Shown here piece after piece: positions 38,752 through 49,400 of a stretch of DNA of 64,000 bases. A model generated the notes under the pieces. It made no database searches and was not told the origin of the DNA. It saw only the letters and a program-made list of their open reading frames with translations. Source of the DNA: Bacteroidales bacterium. Lineage in GTDB: Bacteria; Bacteroidota; Bacteroidia; Bacteroidales; P3. Each line of letters opens with the position of its first letter. Position 1 is the stretch's first letter. The position numbers and the translations under genes are program-made. Location of the stretch: NCBI GenBank assembly GCA_017561155.1, contig JAFZDP010000033.1:1007-65006 (forward strand), written 5' to 3'.

Positions 38752-41700
38752 ATGATACCATTGAAACTTACGATATCGGGGATATATTCGTATCGCAGCA
38801 AGCAGGAAATTGATTTCAGAACCTTGGCAGCCAACAATATGTTTGGTATTTTTGGAGCCGTAGGCAGTGGAAAATCCACTATATTGGATGCAATAACTTA
38901 TGCATTGTATGGTCGGGTAGACCGTTTGGGGCAAAAGGAAAGAGTAAACTTTAATATGATGAATCTGAGCTCGAACACTATGGAGATAGATTTCGAGTTT
39001 ATGGTAGGGGATAAAGAATATAGGTCGTATGTATCAACACGCAGAAATGGGAAAAATTACGACGAAGTAATAAAAAGTTATTCTACATTTTCCCAAAAGA
39101 TAGATGGTAAGTGGGTGCCTATCGATTTGGATGAAAATCCGGATGCCATAGAGCAGGTCGTGGGCTTGTCCTACGAAAACTTTTCGAAGGTTATAGTTAT
39201 ACCACAGGGAAAGTTTAGAGAGTTTTTGAGCATGACAAGTGCCAAAAGAACAGAGATGTTGGCCGAGTTGTTTCCTGAACTAAATAAGTATGATTTGTCT
39301 GACAAGACATCGAAATTGTTGTTCGAAAACACCAATGCAAAAACATCGATAGAGGGGCAATTGAAAGGGCTGGAAAATGTGACAGAAGAGAATATTGAAG
39401 CACGCAAAGCCGATTTGGTACAGATAGAAACACAGCTTAATGATATAAAACCCAATATAGAAGCCGGCAAAAAGCAAAAGGCCGAAATGGAGGAATTGAA
39501 AACCGACACTGCCGAGTTGTCTCGTAATGAAAGGGAATGGGAGACACTGCAAAATGAGAAAAATATAAAAGCGGCCCAAGAGAAAGAGCTAAAACAGTAT
39601 ACCAAGTGTTTGCAAGATTTTGGAAAAGATATAGCAAACAGACTGACAAAAAAACAACAGCTGGAGCAAACCACACATTTTTTGGCAGATAAAGAAGTGG
39701 GCTACAAACAGCAGGAAACTATAGTAGATAGAACAAAGTCGGCTTTTGAAGAGTGTGCCGAAAAATATAAAAACAGAGACCAATACGCCAATAAACAAAC
39801 TAGTTTGACCAAGATACACGAGGTTAGGAATTTGGAACGAGAAAAACAAAAAGCTGAAGTTGAACTGGAAAAATTGAATGTCGAACTGAGAGCCATAGAT
39901 GTAGATATACAAAGGATAGAAGTAGAACAAAAGAACGCCGAAAAAGAAAAAAATGAACTAACTGTCATGCCGGCAGATATTGTTGCAGGTATGCAAAATT
40001 GGTATTTGACCAATGATAATAAGAACAGAGAGTTGCTAAAAAAGACAGCAGACTTGCAAGAACAACGCACCGAGGTAGATAATTTGAACAAGACGTTGGT
40101 TTCGCTATGCTTGAGGAAAGATTATTTGCAAGGTTGCAATCCCACACTGAAAGACATAAAAAGTCGGATATGCGAAACGATAAAAAAATTGGAAGAAGCC
40201 AAAGAAGATAATGAGCAGATGCTGCATAAGTTGGAGGTGCAGGAAAAACTTCACGAATATTCGTCAAATCTGCAGGAAGGCGAACCATGTCCTCTATGTG
40301 GCAGTGTGCATCACCCTAATGTTATATCAGTTACACAAAAGCCTGAAATAGATAAGCTAAAAGATAAGAGAATCAAACTGAAAGAAGATTTGAAAAACAT
40401 CACCGAAAATGGTCTGTATTGGGTAGAAACAGAAATTCAAAGAGAAACTACACGCAATGAGTCTATTGAAAAAATATCTAACGAGATAAAAAAAATAGAA
40501 AATGATATAACTGAGCATAAAGAGCTTTTTGAATGGGAAAGCTATGGCTTTTCTGTATCGGATGCCAACTACAAAGAAAAGCTTAAAATAGAGTGTGATA
40601 AGCAAAACAAATACAATAATTTGCAAAATACTATATTGGAGCTAAGCGGCGAGTTGGCAAAAAAACGAAATGAAAAGGAATCCAAACAATCGGCAAAAGC
40701 GAATTTGGAAAGAGATAAAATAGCACCGACCGAAACAGAACTGAAATTGAAGTATAATGAAATAGGAGACGAATTGTTGGAAAGCTACAAAACAACGTCT
40801 GACAAGGATATTTTGCTAGAGATAGAAAAATTGACGACCCTGTTGAAAGAGATAGAAGACAAATACGAAGAGCTGAACGAACAATGTAAAGTAGAGCAAG
40901 GAAAATTGGATACACTGCGAGGTGAAAAAAATACTTTGGAACAACAAAAGGTTGCACAAACCAAAGAACTTACAGAAATAGAGCAAGCCATATTGAACAA
41001 AATATCGGGCGAAGGATATACCTCGATAGCAGATATAGAACAAGTGCTAAACAAACATCTGGATACAGAAACAATACAAAACGAGATAGACGAATTTAAA
41101 GAACGACAAGTGTCGATATATGCGGCAATACAAAAGCTGAAAGAGAAAATAGGCGACAAAAAATACAATTCGGAAGAGCATGCACAGATAGAAATACGGC
41201 TTAACGAACTTGAAAGAAAGGAAAAGACACTGTTTACAGAAAAAGGAGCGGTAGAAAAAGAAATAGCAGATTTGACCGACAAGTTGAAAACAAAGACAGA
41301 CTTGGAACAACAAGTGGAAAAACTACAGCTACGCGAAGATAACCTAAATGTGTTATTAAAACTTTTCAAGGGTAAGAAATTTATGGAATATGTGTCTACC
41401 ATGTATTTGGAAAATCTGGTGCGAAGTGCCAACGAACGTTTCAAAAAAATGACACGTCAGCAACTAGAATTGGTGCTGGGCGAAGCTCAAGAATTTAAGA
41501 TAAGAGATTATTTAAACGCCGGAAATTGTAGGGCGATAAATACTCTTAGTGGTGGTCAAATATTCCAAGCATCGTTGTCGTTGGCATTGGCTTTGGTGGA
41601 TAATATACACTGTTTTGCCAACGATAATAAGAAATTCTTCTTTCTAGACGAAGGTTTTGGAACCCAAGATAAAGATAGCTTGGCTATAGTGCTTGAAACC

Positions 41701-41829
41701 CTCAGAATGCTACAAAAAGAAAACAGAATAGTAGGGGTGATAAGTCATGTGGAAGAACTGAAACAAAATATTCCTAATTTTATAACTGTAAAACGTTCTG
41801 AACAAGAAGGTAGTGTGATAGAATGTTAA
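38752..41829 (+). CDS. sbcC: Exonuclease SbcC (Rad50-type ATPase)
   Basis: Walker A GAVGSGKSTILDAI, long coiled coil with zinc hook CPLCGS, signature LSGGQ, Walker B FFFLDEGFG. Confidence 0.9.
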   Translation: MIPLKLTISGIYSYRSKQEIDFRTLAANNMFGIFGAVGSGKSTILDAITYALYGRVDRLGQKERVNFNMMNLSSNTMEIDFEFMVGDKEYRSYVSTRRNGKNYDEVIKSYSTFSQKIDGKWVPIDLDENPDAIEQVVGLSYENFSKVIVIPQGKFREFLSMTSAKRTEMLAELFPELNKYDLSDKTSKLLFENTNAKTSIEGQLKGLENVTEENIEARKADLVQIETQLNDIKPNIEAGKKQKAEMEELKTDTAELSRNEREWETLQNEKNIKAAQEKELKQYTKCLQDFGKDIANRLTKKQQLEQTTHFLADKEVGYKQQETIVDRTKSAFEECAEKYKNRDQYANKQTSLTKIHEVRNLEREKQKAEVELEKLNVELRAIDVDIQRIEVEQKNAEKEKNELTVMPADIVAGMQNWYLTNDNKNRELLKKTADLQEQRTEVDNLNKTLVSLCLRKDYLQGCNPTLKDIKSRICETIKKLEEAKEDNEQMLHKLEVQEKLHEYSSNLQEGEPCPLCGSVHHPNVISVTQKPEIDKLKDKRIKLKEDLKNITENGLYWVETEIQRETTRNESIEKISNEIKKIENDITEHKELFEWESYGFSVSDANYKEKLKIECDKQNKYNNLQNTILELSGELAKKRNEKESKQSAKANLERDKIAPTETELKLKYNEIGDELLESYKTTSDKDILLEIEKLTTLLKEIEDKYEELNEQCKVEQGKLDTLRGEKNTLEQQKVAQTKELTEIEQAILNKISGEGYTSIADIEQVLNKHLDTETIQNEIDEFKERQVSIYAAIQKLKEKIGDKKYNSEEHAQIEIRLNELERKEKTLFTEKGAVEKEIADLTDKLKTKTDLEQQVEKLQLREDNLNVLLKLFKGKKFMEYVSTMYLENLVRSANERFKKMTRQQLELVLGEAQEFKIRDYLNAGNCRAINTLSGGQIFQASLSLALALVDNIHCFANDNKKFFFLDEGFGTQDKDSLAIVLETLRMLQKENRIVGVISHVEELKQNIPNFITVKRSEQEGSVIEC

Positions 41830-41848
41830 ACTAAGAAAAGCTACAAAG

Positions 41849-43087
41849 ATGGAGAATATATTAGAAAGATTTTTGCGATATGTGGCTATCGACACACAAT
41901 CTGACGATAGATGTGAATGTCAACCCAGCACAGCCAAGCAATTTGATTTGCAGAAATTGTTGCAAGCCGAATTGCAAGCCATGGGTATATCTGCCGAAGT
42001 GGATGAATATGGCTATCTGATGGCTGCCATACCATCCAATACCGATAAAAAGGTGGATAGTATAGGCTTTATAGCACATGTGGATACCTCGCCTGACTGT
42101 TCGGGAAAGGATGTAAAACCACAGATAGTAGAAAACTATAATGGTGAAGATATTGTACTTAATGCTGAAAGGAATATAATATTGTCGGTAGATAAATTTC
42201 CCGAACTGAAACAGTATCATGGAAAAACTATCATAACCACCGATGGAACTACACTATTGGGTGCCGACGACAAAGCCGGTGTTGCTGCCATAATGTATGC
42301 TGTAGAATATCTGCAAAGCAATCCGAATATCAAACATGGCGATATAAAAATAGCTTTCACTCCCGACGAGGAAGTGGGGCGTGGCACAGAACATTTCGAC
42401 GTGGAAAAGTTCGGAGCAAAATATGCCTACACTATCGATGGCGGCGAAATAGGTGAACTGGAGTACGAAAACTTTAATGCAGCGTCTGCCGATATAACGA
42501 TAGTAGGCGAGGGAATACATCCCGGATATGCCAAAGATAAAATGATTAATGCCTTGTCTGTAGCCATAGAGATTGATAATAGTTTGCCAAAAAAAGAACG
42601 TCCGCAACATACCGAAGGCTATGAGGGATTTTACCATTTGGTAGAACTATCGGGCGAAACAGAGAATGTTACTATGAAGTATATAATACGAGATCATGAT
42701 ATGGTGGCATTTGAGGCTAGGAAAAAAACTATGCAACAAGTGGTAGACAACCTGAACACCATTTATGGCGGAAACAGAATAAAGCTGACGATAAAGGACA
42801 GCTACTACAATATGAAAGAAAAAGTAGAGCCGCATTATCACATAGTAGAAAAAGCTATAAAAGCTATGCAGCAATGTGGTGTAGAAGCCAAAGTGAAACC
42901 TATCAGAGGCGGAACCGATGGCGCTACATTGTCGTATAAAGGTTTGCCTTGTCCAAATATTTTTGCAGGCGGACACAATTTTCATGGAAAATACGAGTAT
43001 TTACCACTAGAGAGTATGCAAAAAGCATCGGAAGTAATACTTGCCATAATACAACTTTTTATCGAAGAAAATAACAACAAAAACTAA
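41849..43087 (+). CDS. pepT: Peptidase T (M20B tripeptide aminopeptidase)
   Basis: ERFLRYVAIDTQSD, FIAHVDTSPD, GADDKAGVAA, TPDEEVGRG. Confidence 0.9.
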   Translation: MENILERFLRYVAIDTQSDDRCECQPSTAKQFDLQKLLQAELQAMGISAEVDEYGYLMAAIPSNTDKKVDSIGFIAHVDTSPDCSGKDVKPQIVENYNGEDIVLNAERNIILSVDKFPELKQYHGKTIITTDGTTLLGADDKAGVAAIMYAVEYLQSNPNIKHGDIKIAFTPDEEVGRGTEHFDVEKFGAKYAYTIDGGEIGELEYENFNAASADITIVGEGIHPGYAKDKMINALSVAIEIDNSLPKKERPQHTEGYEGFYHLVELSGETENVTMKYIIRDHDMVAFEARKKTMQQVVDNLNTIYGGNRIKLTIKDSYYNMKEKVEPHYHIVEKAIKAMQQCGVEAKVKPIRGGTDGATLSYKGLPCPNIFAGGHNFHGKYEYLPLESMQKASEVILAIIQLFIEENNNKN

Positions 43088-43094
43088 TACAACA

Positions 43095-44378
43095 ATGAAT
43101 AAAACGATACCAATAGTGTTGCTTACAGGTTACCTTGGAAGCGGAAAAACTACGTTGATAAACCATATACTATCCAATACAAAGGGAATAAAATTTGCTG
43201 TGATAGTTAACGATATAGGCGAGGTTAATATAGATTCTACACTGATAGAAAAAGGCGGGGTGGTAAACCAAAACGACGACAGCTTGATAGCACTCCAAAA
43301 TGGATGTATATGCTGTAGCTTGAAAACCGACTTGGTGAAACAAGTACAAGATATAGCTAATACAAACAAGTTTGACTACATAGCAATAGAAGCAAGCGGA
43401 ATATGTGAACCCGAACCAATAGCACAAACTTTGTTGGCTATACAACGGACAAGTCAACGCTATTATAATTTTGAAATGTGTAGGTTGGATTGTGTGGTGT
43501 CGGTAACAGATGCTCTACGTTTGAAAACAGAATTTGGCTGTGGCGAGGATTTGACAAATTCGGAGATAGAAGATACCGATATAGAAAATCTGATAGTACA
43601 ACAATTGGAATTTTGCAACATAGTGTTGCTAAACAAAGTCGATGAGGTTACTGCTGATGAGAAAGAACAGATAAAAAGAATAATACACACATTGAATTCG
43701 TCGGCGAAGATAATAGAAACCAACTATGCCCAAGTGGATATAAACGAGATATTAAACACTCAACTATTCGATTTCAACAAAACTGTTCTTGCAGCCAAAT
43801 GGATACAAGAGATAGAACGTCCACTTACTCCGCAAGAAGAATACGAAGGTCGACGTCATCACCATCATCACGACGAACATCACCACGACGAAGAGCATCA
43901 TCATGAACACCATCATCATCACCATGATGAACATCACCACGACGAACATTGTACTTGCAGCTGTTGCTCTCATCATCACGATGACGAACATCATCATCAC
44001 CAACATGGCGACGAGTATGGTATAAGCACATTTGTATACTACAGAAGGTGTGCATTCGATTTTCCAAAATTCGATGCATTTGTGTCTGGCAAATGGGACA
44101 AGAGTATAATACGTTCGAAAGGTGTTTGCTATTTTGCCCAAAATCCCGAAATGTCGTATTTGTTCGAGCAGGCAGGTGTTCAAAAAGGATTGAAAGAGGC
44201 CGGCTTGTGGCTTTGTACTGCCGGCGAAGAAGAGTTGAAAAATATGATGGCAGAAGACCCTTCGATACTTAGAGATTGGGACGATGAGCATGGCGACAAA
44301 ATGATAAAGATAGTAATAATAGGTCGATATATGGATAAAGACGCGATAGTGAATGCATTAGACGCATGCCTGTCGTAA
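43095..44378 (+). CDS. COG0523 (CobW/ZigA/YeiR-type) GTPase metallochaperone with long His-rich insert
   Basis: P-loop GYLGSGKTTL, CxCC motif NGCICCS, NKVD. About 65 residues of H/D/E-rich sequence plus CTCSCC, then a CobW_C-like end. Confidence 0.85.
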   Translation: MNKTIPIVLLTGYLGSGKTTLINHILSNTKGIKFAVIVNDIGEVNIDSTLIEKGGVVNQNDDSLIALQNGCICCSLKTDLVKQVQDIANTNKFDYIAIEASGICEPEPIAQTLLAIQRTSQRYYNFEMCRLDCVVSVTDALRLKTEFGCGEDLTNSEIEDTDIENLIVQQLEFCNIVLLNKVDEVTADEKEQIKRIIHTLNSSAKIIETNYAQVDINEILNTQLFDFNKTVLAAKWIQEIERPLTPQEEYEGRRHHHHHDEHHHDEEHHHEHHHHHHDEHHHDEHCTCSCCSHHHDDEHHHHQHGDEYGISTFVYYRRCAFDFPKFDAFVSGKWDKSIIRSKGVCYFAQNPEMSYLFEQAGVQKGLKEAGLWLCTAGEEELKNMMAEDPSILRDWDDEHGDKMIKIVIIGRYMDKDAIVNALDACLS

Positions 44379-44594
44379 ATTGCACAGTGTCGGTTATCGG
44401 TTTCTAATTGTATTATAAACAACGGAGGACGGTAGCCGACACATTGCTTTATGGCAAGCCGATTTTTAAAACCTACCTACAATCACCCCAAAATTTTAAT
44501 GATAGACTTGTTTTCTTTTTGATGTTTTTTAATAAATTTTCATACACTAAAAAACACATTCCATCGTTATGAAAAGACCTTTAAAGAGGTGTTC

Positions 44595-44683
44595 GGAGAA
44601 GATTCCAATCTTCTTTTGAGAACATTGGAGTCTTCTCCGGAGAACATTGGAGTCTTCTCCAGAGAAGATTGGAGTCTTCTCGA
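44595..44683. repeat. Four tandem 22-23 bp units, each an imperfect hairpin (GAGAACATTGGAGTCTTCTCCG)
   Basis: Units at 44595, 44618, 44640 and 44662; about 115-200 nt upstream of the HU-like gene at 44797. Confidence 0.85.
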
Positions 44684-44796
44684 AGGAAGATTACAATGCT
44701 TGAAAATCAAGCATTTATGATTTGAGAAAAAACTCCGAGAACATCACTCTTTGAAAGGTAAGTATCTTTAGTTATTAACCAATAATATTTAAGACT

Positions 44797-45300
44797 ATGG
44801 CTTTTTATTCAAAAAAGTATGTAAAGCTTACCGAAAAATGGATACCCGTATCCAAAACCGTAAGTTGCTACGATGCCAAGCGTTTGGCAAAAGACATTGA
44901 AAAGGAAAGCACCGTAAGCCAAACCGATGTAATGGCAGTGCTAAATGCAATTCCCACAGTGATGACACGCTATTTGGCCGAGGGACATTCGGTGAAATTA
45001 GATGGGATAGGCTCGTTTTTCTTAACCTTCGAGTGCAAGAAAACCGGTGTGGACACTCCGGAAGAAGTGTCGATGGACCAAGTGACTAACATCAAGGTTC
45101 AGTTTCGTCCGGCTATGAAAGGCGGAAGTATGAAAGGCAAATTCAACAACACTCTTATCGCCGACGATATAGAGTGGACCTATCTGCCATCAACCAAGGG
45201 CGAGAGCTTCGACGACGATGCAGAGGAAAACGAAGGCACAAACAACGAGCAAGGCACCCAAGGCGGAAACAATTCCGGTGACGGTGGCTTTGAAGGCTGA
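44797..45300 (+). CDS. HU-family (HU_HIG-like) DNA-binding protein with acidic/Gly tail ending GGFEG
   Basis: DVMAVLNAIPTVMTRYLAEGHSVKLDGIGSFFLT is an HU-like core; the tail is ..EENEGTNNEQGTQGGNNSGDGGFEG. Confidence 0.7.
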   Translation: MAFYSKKYVKLTEKWIPVSKTVSCYDAKRLAKDIEKESTVSQTDVMAVLNAIPTVMTRYLAEGHSVKLDGIGSFFLTFECKKTGVDTPEEVSMDQVTNIKVQFRPAMKGGSMKGKFNNTLIADDIEWTYLPSTKGESFDDDAEENEGTNNEQGTQGGNNSGDGGFEG

Positions 45301-45312
45301 TGAAGTACAATA

Positions 45313-45347
45313 ATATAGACGCTGTTGTCGGCGTCTATATTATTTTT
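45313..45347 (+). terminator. Intrinsic terminator
   Basis: Stem ATATAGACGC pairs with GCGTCTATAT, followed by TATTTTT. Confidence 0.75.
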
Positions 45348-45391
45348 AAACTGAAGAACCAATCCATTAACAAACAAAAATACAAATAAAA

Positions 45392-46213
45392 ATGAAAAAG
45401 ACATTTAAAAGATTGGCTTGTATGGCAATGGTGGCAAGCCTTGGAGTAGGTGCAATAATGGCACAAGACACACAAACAACAAACACCGACAGCAAAAAAG
45501 TAGAATATTCAATTCATCTTGGTGCCAGCACGCCACTTGGAAGTTTTGGACAGGCTCCGTCACATGGGTTTCCGGTTGATTTGTTTCACACAAAACTTTC
45601 ATGGAATGATGATATAACTTATGGCGATGCCGATTTCGTTGGTGCAAACATAGGAGTAAAAGCCAAATACAATATATCGGGGCTAAAAGGTTTAGGCATA
45701 ATAGCTACTGCCGATGTATTGTTTAATACCGCCGGCGATTTTGATATAAAAGAAGTAGATGAATCAGATGCTCATCTAGATGAATATTTTTACTCTACCT
45801 ATATCAATATTCCGGTAATGGTTGGTGCAAACTACAACTATGCAATAAATGATAAAGTAAGCATTTGGGGTGAAGCAGCCATAGGTGCAAACCTTAGAAT
45901 AATCACTTCTGATATTTTTGATCACAAGAGATCAAACGGCATAGACACAAAAGATTATACTGAAATAAACTATGACAATTGCTTTACATTGGGATTTCAA
46001 GCAGGATTAGGCGTTAAGCTAAAGAATAAATACAGCATAGGATTGCATTATTACAACTTGGGCAACAAAGCTGTAACTGAAAAATATACACAAATAACAG
46101 ACTATACTAGTGTAATTGGAAATTATTATTATGTGAATATAATAGACGAACCACATACAAAACCACCATTAAAAACCACAATGTTGTTGATACGTTTTGG
46201 CTATCACTTCTAA
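45392..46213 (+). CDS. Outer-membrane beta-barrel (porin-family) protein
   Basis: Signal peptide, alternating beta pattern and C-terminal ..LLIRFGYHF. Confidence 0.6.
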   Translation: MKKTFKRLACMAMVASLGVGAIMAQDTQTTNTDSKKVEYSIHLGASTPLGSFGQAPSHGFPVDLFHTKLSWNDDITYGDADFVGANIGVKAKYNISGLKGLGIIATADVLFNTAGDFDIKEVDESDAHLDEYFYSTYINIPVMVGANYNYAINDKVSIWGEAAIGANLRIITSDIFDHKRSNGIDTKDYTEINYDNCFTLGFQAGLGVKLKNKYSIGLHYYNLGNKAVTEKYTQITDYTSVIGNYYYVNIIDEPHTKPPLKTTMLLIRFGYHF

Positions 46214-46236
46214 GGGATAATTAATAATACAAAAAA

Positions 46237-46269
46237 AGGCGGAGCACACAAGTGTTTCGCCTTTTTTTG
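46237..46269 (+). terminator. Intrinsic terminator
   Basis: AGGCGGAGCAC pairs with GTGTTTCGCCT, with G-U pairs that work only in plus-strand RNA, followed by T7. Confidence 0.8.
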
Positions 46270-46405
46270 TATACTATTGTTGGTTGTCCTACACGAACAA
46301 GATGATACACTGAACTTCGATACCCGATAAGTACCAATAATAAATGAACTTTTCGACGATAAAAAATAGTTTGAAAATATTTTTTCGTATGTTAGATATT
46401 TTTCG

Positions 46406-46413
46406 TATCTTTG
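46406..46413 (+). promoter_or_regulatory. -7 box TATCTTTG
   Basis: 23 nt upstream of the ATG at 46436. Confidence 0.6.
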
Positions 46414-46435
46414 TGGCTCAAAAACAGAAATCAAT

Positions 46436-49400
46436 ATGAAAAAAAATAGATACATAATAGCGGTTTTGGCAGTGCTTGTATTGGCCATGCAGCAAGTGTA
46501 TGCTCACAAAAAACACGATACTATCGGAGTAGGGCAGAATGTTCGTTTTGTTGAGAATAAAACACAGTGGGATAGTAATATATACTTCAGATCGTCTTTG
46601 ATCGATGCTACATTGTTCTACGAAAAAGGATGCTTTACAATATTGCTTGCCGACCCTAAAAATCCAACGGGAAAAAGTCCGGAAATAGATAAAAACAGAA
46701 ATAAAACTTGCAAATTTCATGCTTATAAAGTGCATTTTGTAGGTTCTGATACAAAGAAAATACAAGGAGAAAATCGTCAAACGTACTACGAAAACTACTA
46801 TATTGGAAACAATCCTGCTAAATGGAGTTCGAATGTTGGAGTGTTTGAAAATATATGCTACAACAATTTATATGCCAATATAGATATGAAGGTGTATGGT
46901 CAGCAACATCAATTGAAATACGATTTTGTGGTGTATCCGCAAGGCAATCCCAACGATATAGCACTAAGATACGAGGGTGTAGATGGTTTGCAGCTAAAAA
47001 ATGGCAATATCGTAATAAAGACCTCTATCACAAACATAGTAGAGCTTAAGCCTTATGCCTACCAAATAGTGAACGACAAAGAACAAGAAGTTCTATGTAA
47101 TTACAAATTAGACAAAGAAGATAATACCATACGTTTTGAAGTTGGGAATTACGATTCTACTTTGCCGTTGGTTATAGACCCTGTGTTGATTTTCAGTACC
47201 TACACAGGTAGTGTAGCCGACAACTGGGGTACCACAGCCACCTATGATGTGTATGGCAACACCTATAGCAGCGGCTTGGTATTTGGCACCGGTTATCCTA
47301 CACAAATAGGTGCTATGGACGTTTCCTTTAACGGCAACGCCGATGTGGGAATATTCAAGTTGAATTCGATAGGTAATGTAAGGGTATATGCCACCTATTT
47401 GGGCGGTTCTAATGCCGATATGCCGCATAGTATGTATGTGAACGAGTTTCAAGAGTTGGTAATAATGGGTACTACAGGTAGTGTCAATTTCCCTACCACA
47501 GCAAATGCCTACGATACAAGTTTTAATGGTGGAACACCAATAAATTATTTAGGACTAAATGGGTCTACAGCAACGATAAATTTCCCCAATGGGTCGGATA
47601 TATTTGTATCTAGACTTAGTGTCGATGGAACACAATTGGCGGCTTCGACCTACGTGGGGGGTACTGCCAACGATGGTTTGAATTATAAAAGAAGTTTTTC
47701 AAATAATAATTACGACATTATTTTTGGCGGCAACGATTCGTTGTACTGCAACTATGGCGATGGTGCAAGAGGAGAGTTGATAACCGACGATTTGAACAAC
47801 ATATATGTGGGTACATGTACCTTTTCGTACAATTTTCCTACAACATCGGGCTGTTTTCAGCCGAACTATGGAGGTAAACAAGACGGCGTGGTGTTTAAAC
47901 TAGACTACAACCTAAGCAATATGCTATGGAGCAGCTATATTGGCGGCAGCAACGACGATGCTGTTTTCTCGATAGATACCGACAAGGACTATAATTTGGT
48001 AGTGGCAGGGGGTACAAACTCCAACAATTTTGTTACCACGGCAGATGCTTACAACACAACTTATCAAGGCGGACGAGCCGATTGTTTTATAAGCAAGATA
48101 AGCTACAATGGTAGTCGGCTTATGAATTCGACATTCTTTGGCAGCGACTCTACCGATCAGGCTTATTTCGTAAGAGTGTCTAAAGATAACGATGTATATA
48201 TATTCGGACAAACAAAAGCCTATGGCAGCACTTTGATACATAATGCCCACTACAATACGCCTAATAGTGGACAATTGTTGGCACGTTTCGGATCTGATTT
48301 GGATACGCTGATATGGAGTACCGTGTTTGGAACAGGCAGTGGAAAACCCAATATAAGTCCTACCGCTTTTGCTGTGGATATATGCAACAAGGTGTATTGT
48401 GCAGGGTGGGGGCGAGAATTTGGCGGATATAGAATAAACAACCAAGTAATACAATGGAACACCGTAGGTACTGCCGGAATGCAAACTTCGTTACATGCCA
48501 TACAAAGTCAAACCGACGGACAGGATTTTTATATTATGGTCCTCAACGACGATGCTTCGGTGATGGAATATGCAACATTCTTTGGCGAGCTGCATTTAAC
48601 TTCCAGCGATGGCGGTGGCGACCACGTTGATGGTGGTACCAGTCGTTTCGACAGACAAGGAAATCTTTATCAATCGGTATGTGCCAGCTGTAATAGTACT
48701 CAGAATTTCCCAACTACAAGCAATGCATGGGACACTGTGAACAGAAGCCAAAATTGTAACAACGGTATATTCAAAATGAATGTAAGCGATGATTTTGCAG
48801 TGGCAGAATTTATGTTCCCGACAGGTGGTTGCAGTCCCGACACTATTACTTTTGAAAACTATAGTAGGGGCGAGTTTTATTATTGGGATTTTGGCGACAG
48901 CACTTACTCCACCGAAATCAATCCTACTCACGTCTATTCTCAGCCGGGAATATACCAAGTGACACTGATTGCAAAAACAGAAAAAGGCTGTTGGAAGTCT
49001 GATACCATTACCAAAGAACTTATAGTGTTGGGCAATGGAACAAGAACACTAGACACTATATTTGCATGTCCGCAAAATACGGTACAGTTGGGTTTTCAAC
49101 CTGTGGCAGGATACACATATAGGTGGTTGGCGCGTTTGGGTGTATTGAGCGACAATACTGTGGCAAACCCATATATGGTGTTTAATTATCCTACAACACT
49201 TACTCTTTTGGTAGATAATGGTACTTGTGTTGATACTATGTACCAGACAGTGACTTATTATAATGTAAAAACCGATATAGTGTACGACTCTGCTTCGTGC
49301 GTAAATCCGATATATCTTACTGTGGAAACAGGCGATAGCAATATAGTGTCGTATCAGTGGTCTACTCAAAGAGATTTTTCCGATACCATAAATACCAATA

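Noticed and set aside
43764-44291. Alternative-frame ORFs (43764-44291, 43825-44079, 44048-44272) over the His-rich region, and the worry that the His tract reflects a frameshift or low-complexity artefact.
   Set aside because: The plus-strand frame continues from the GTPase domain through the His-rich insert into a CobW_C-like end without interruption. His-rich inserts are a known feature of COG0523 proteins.
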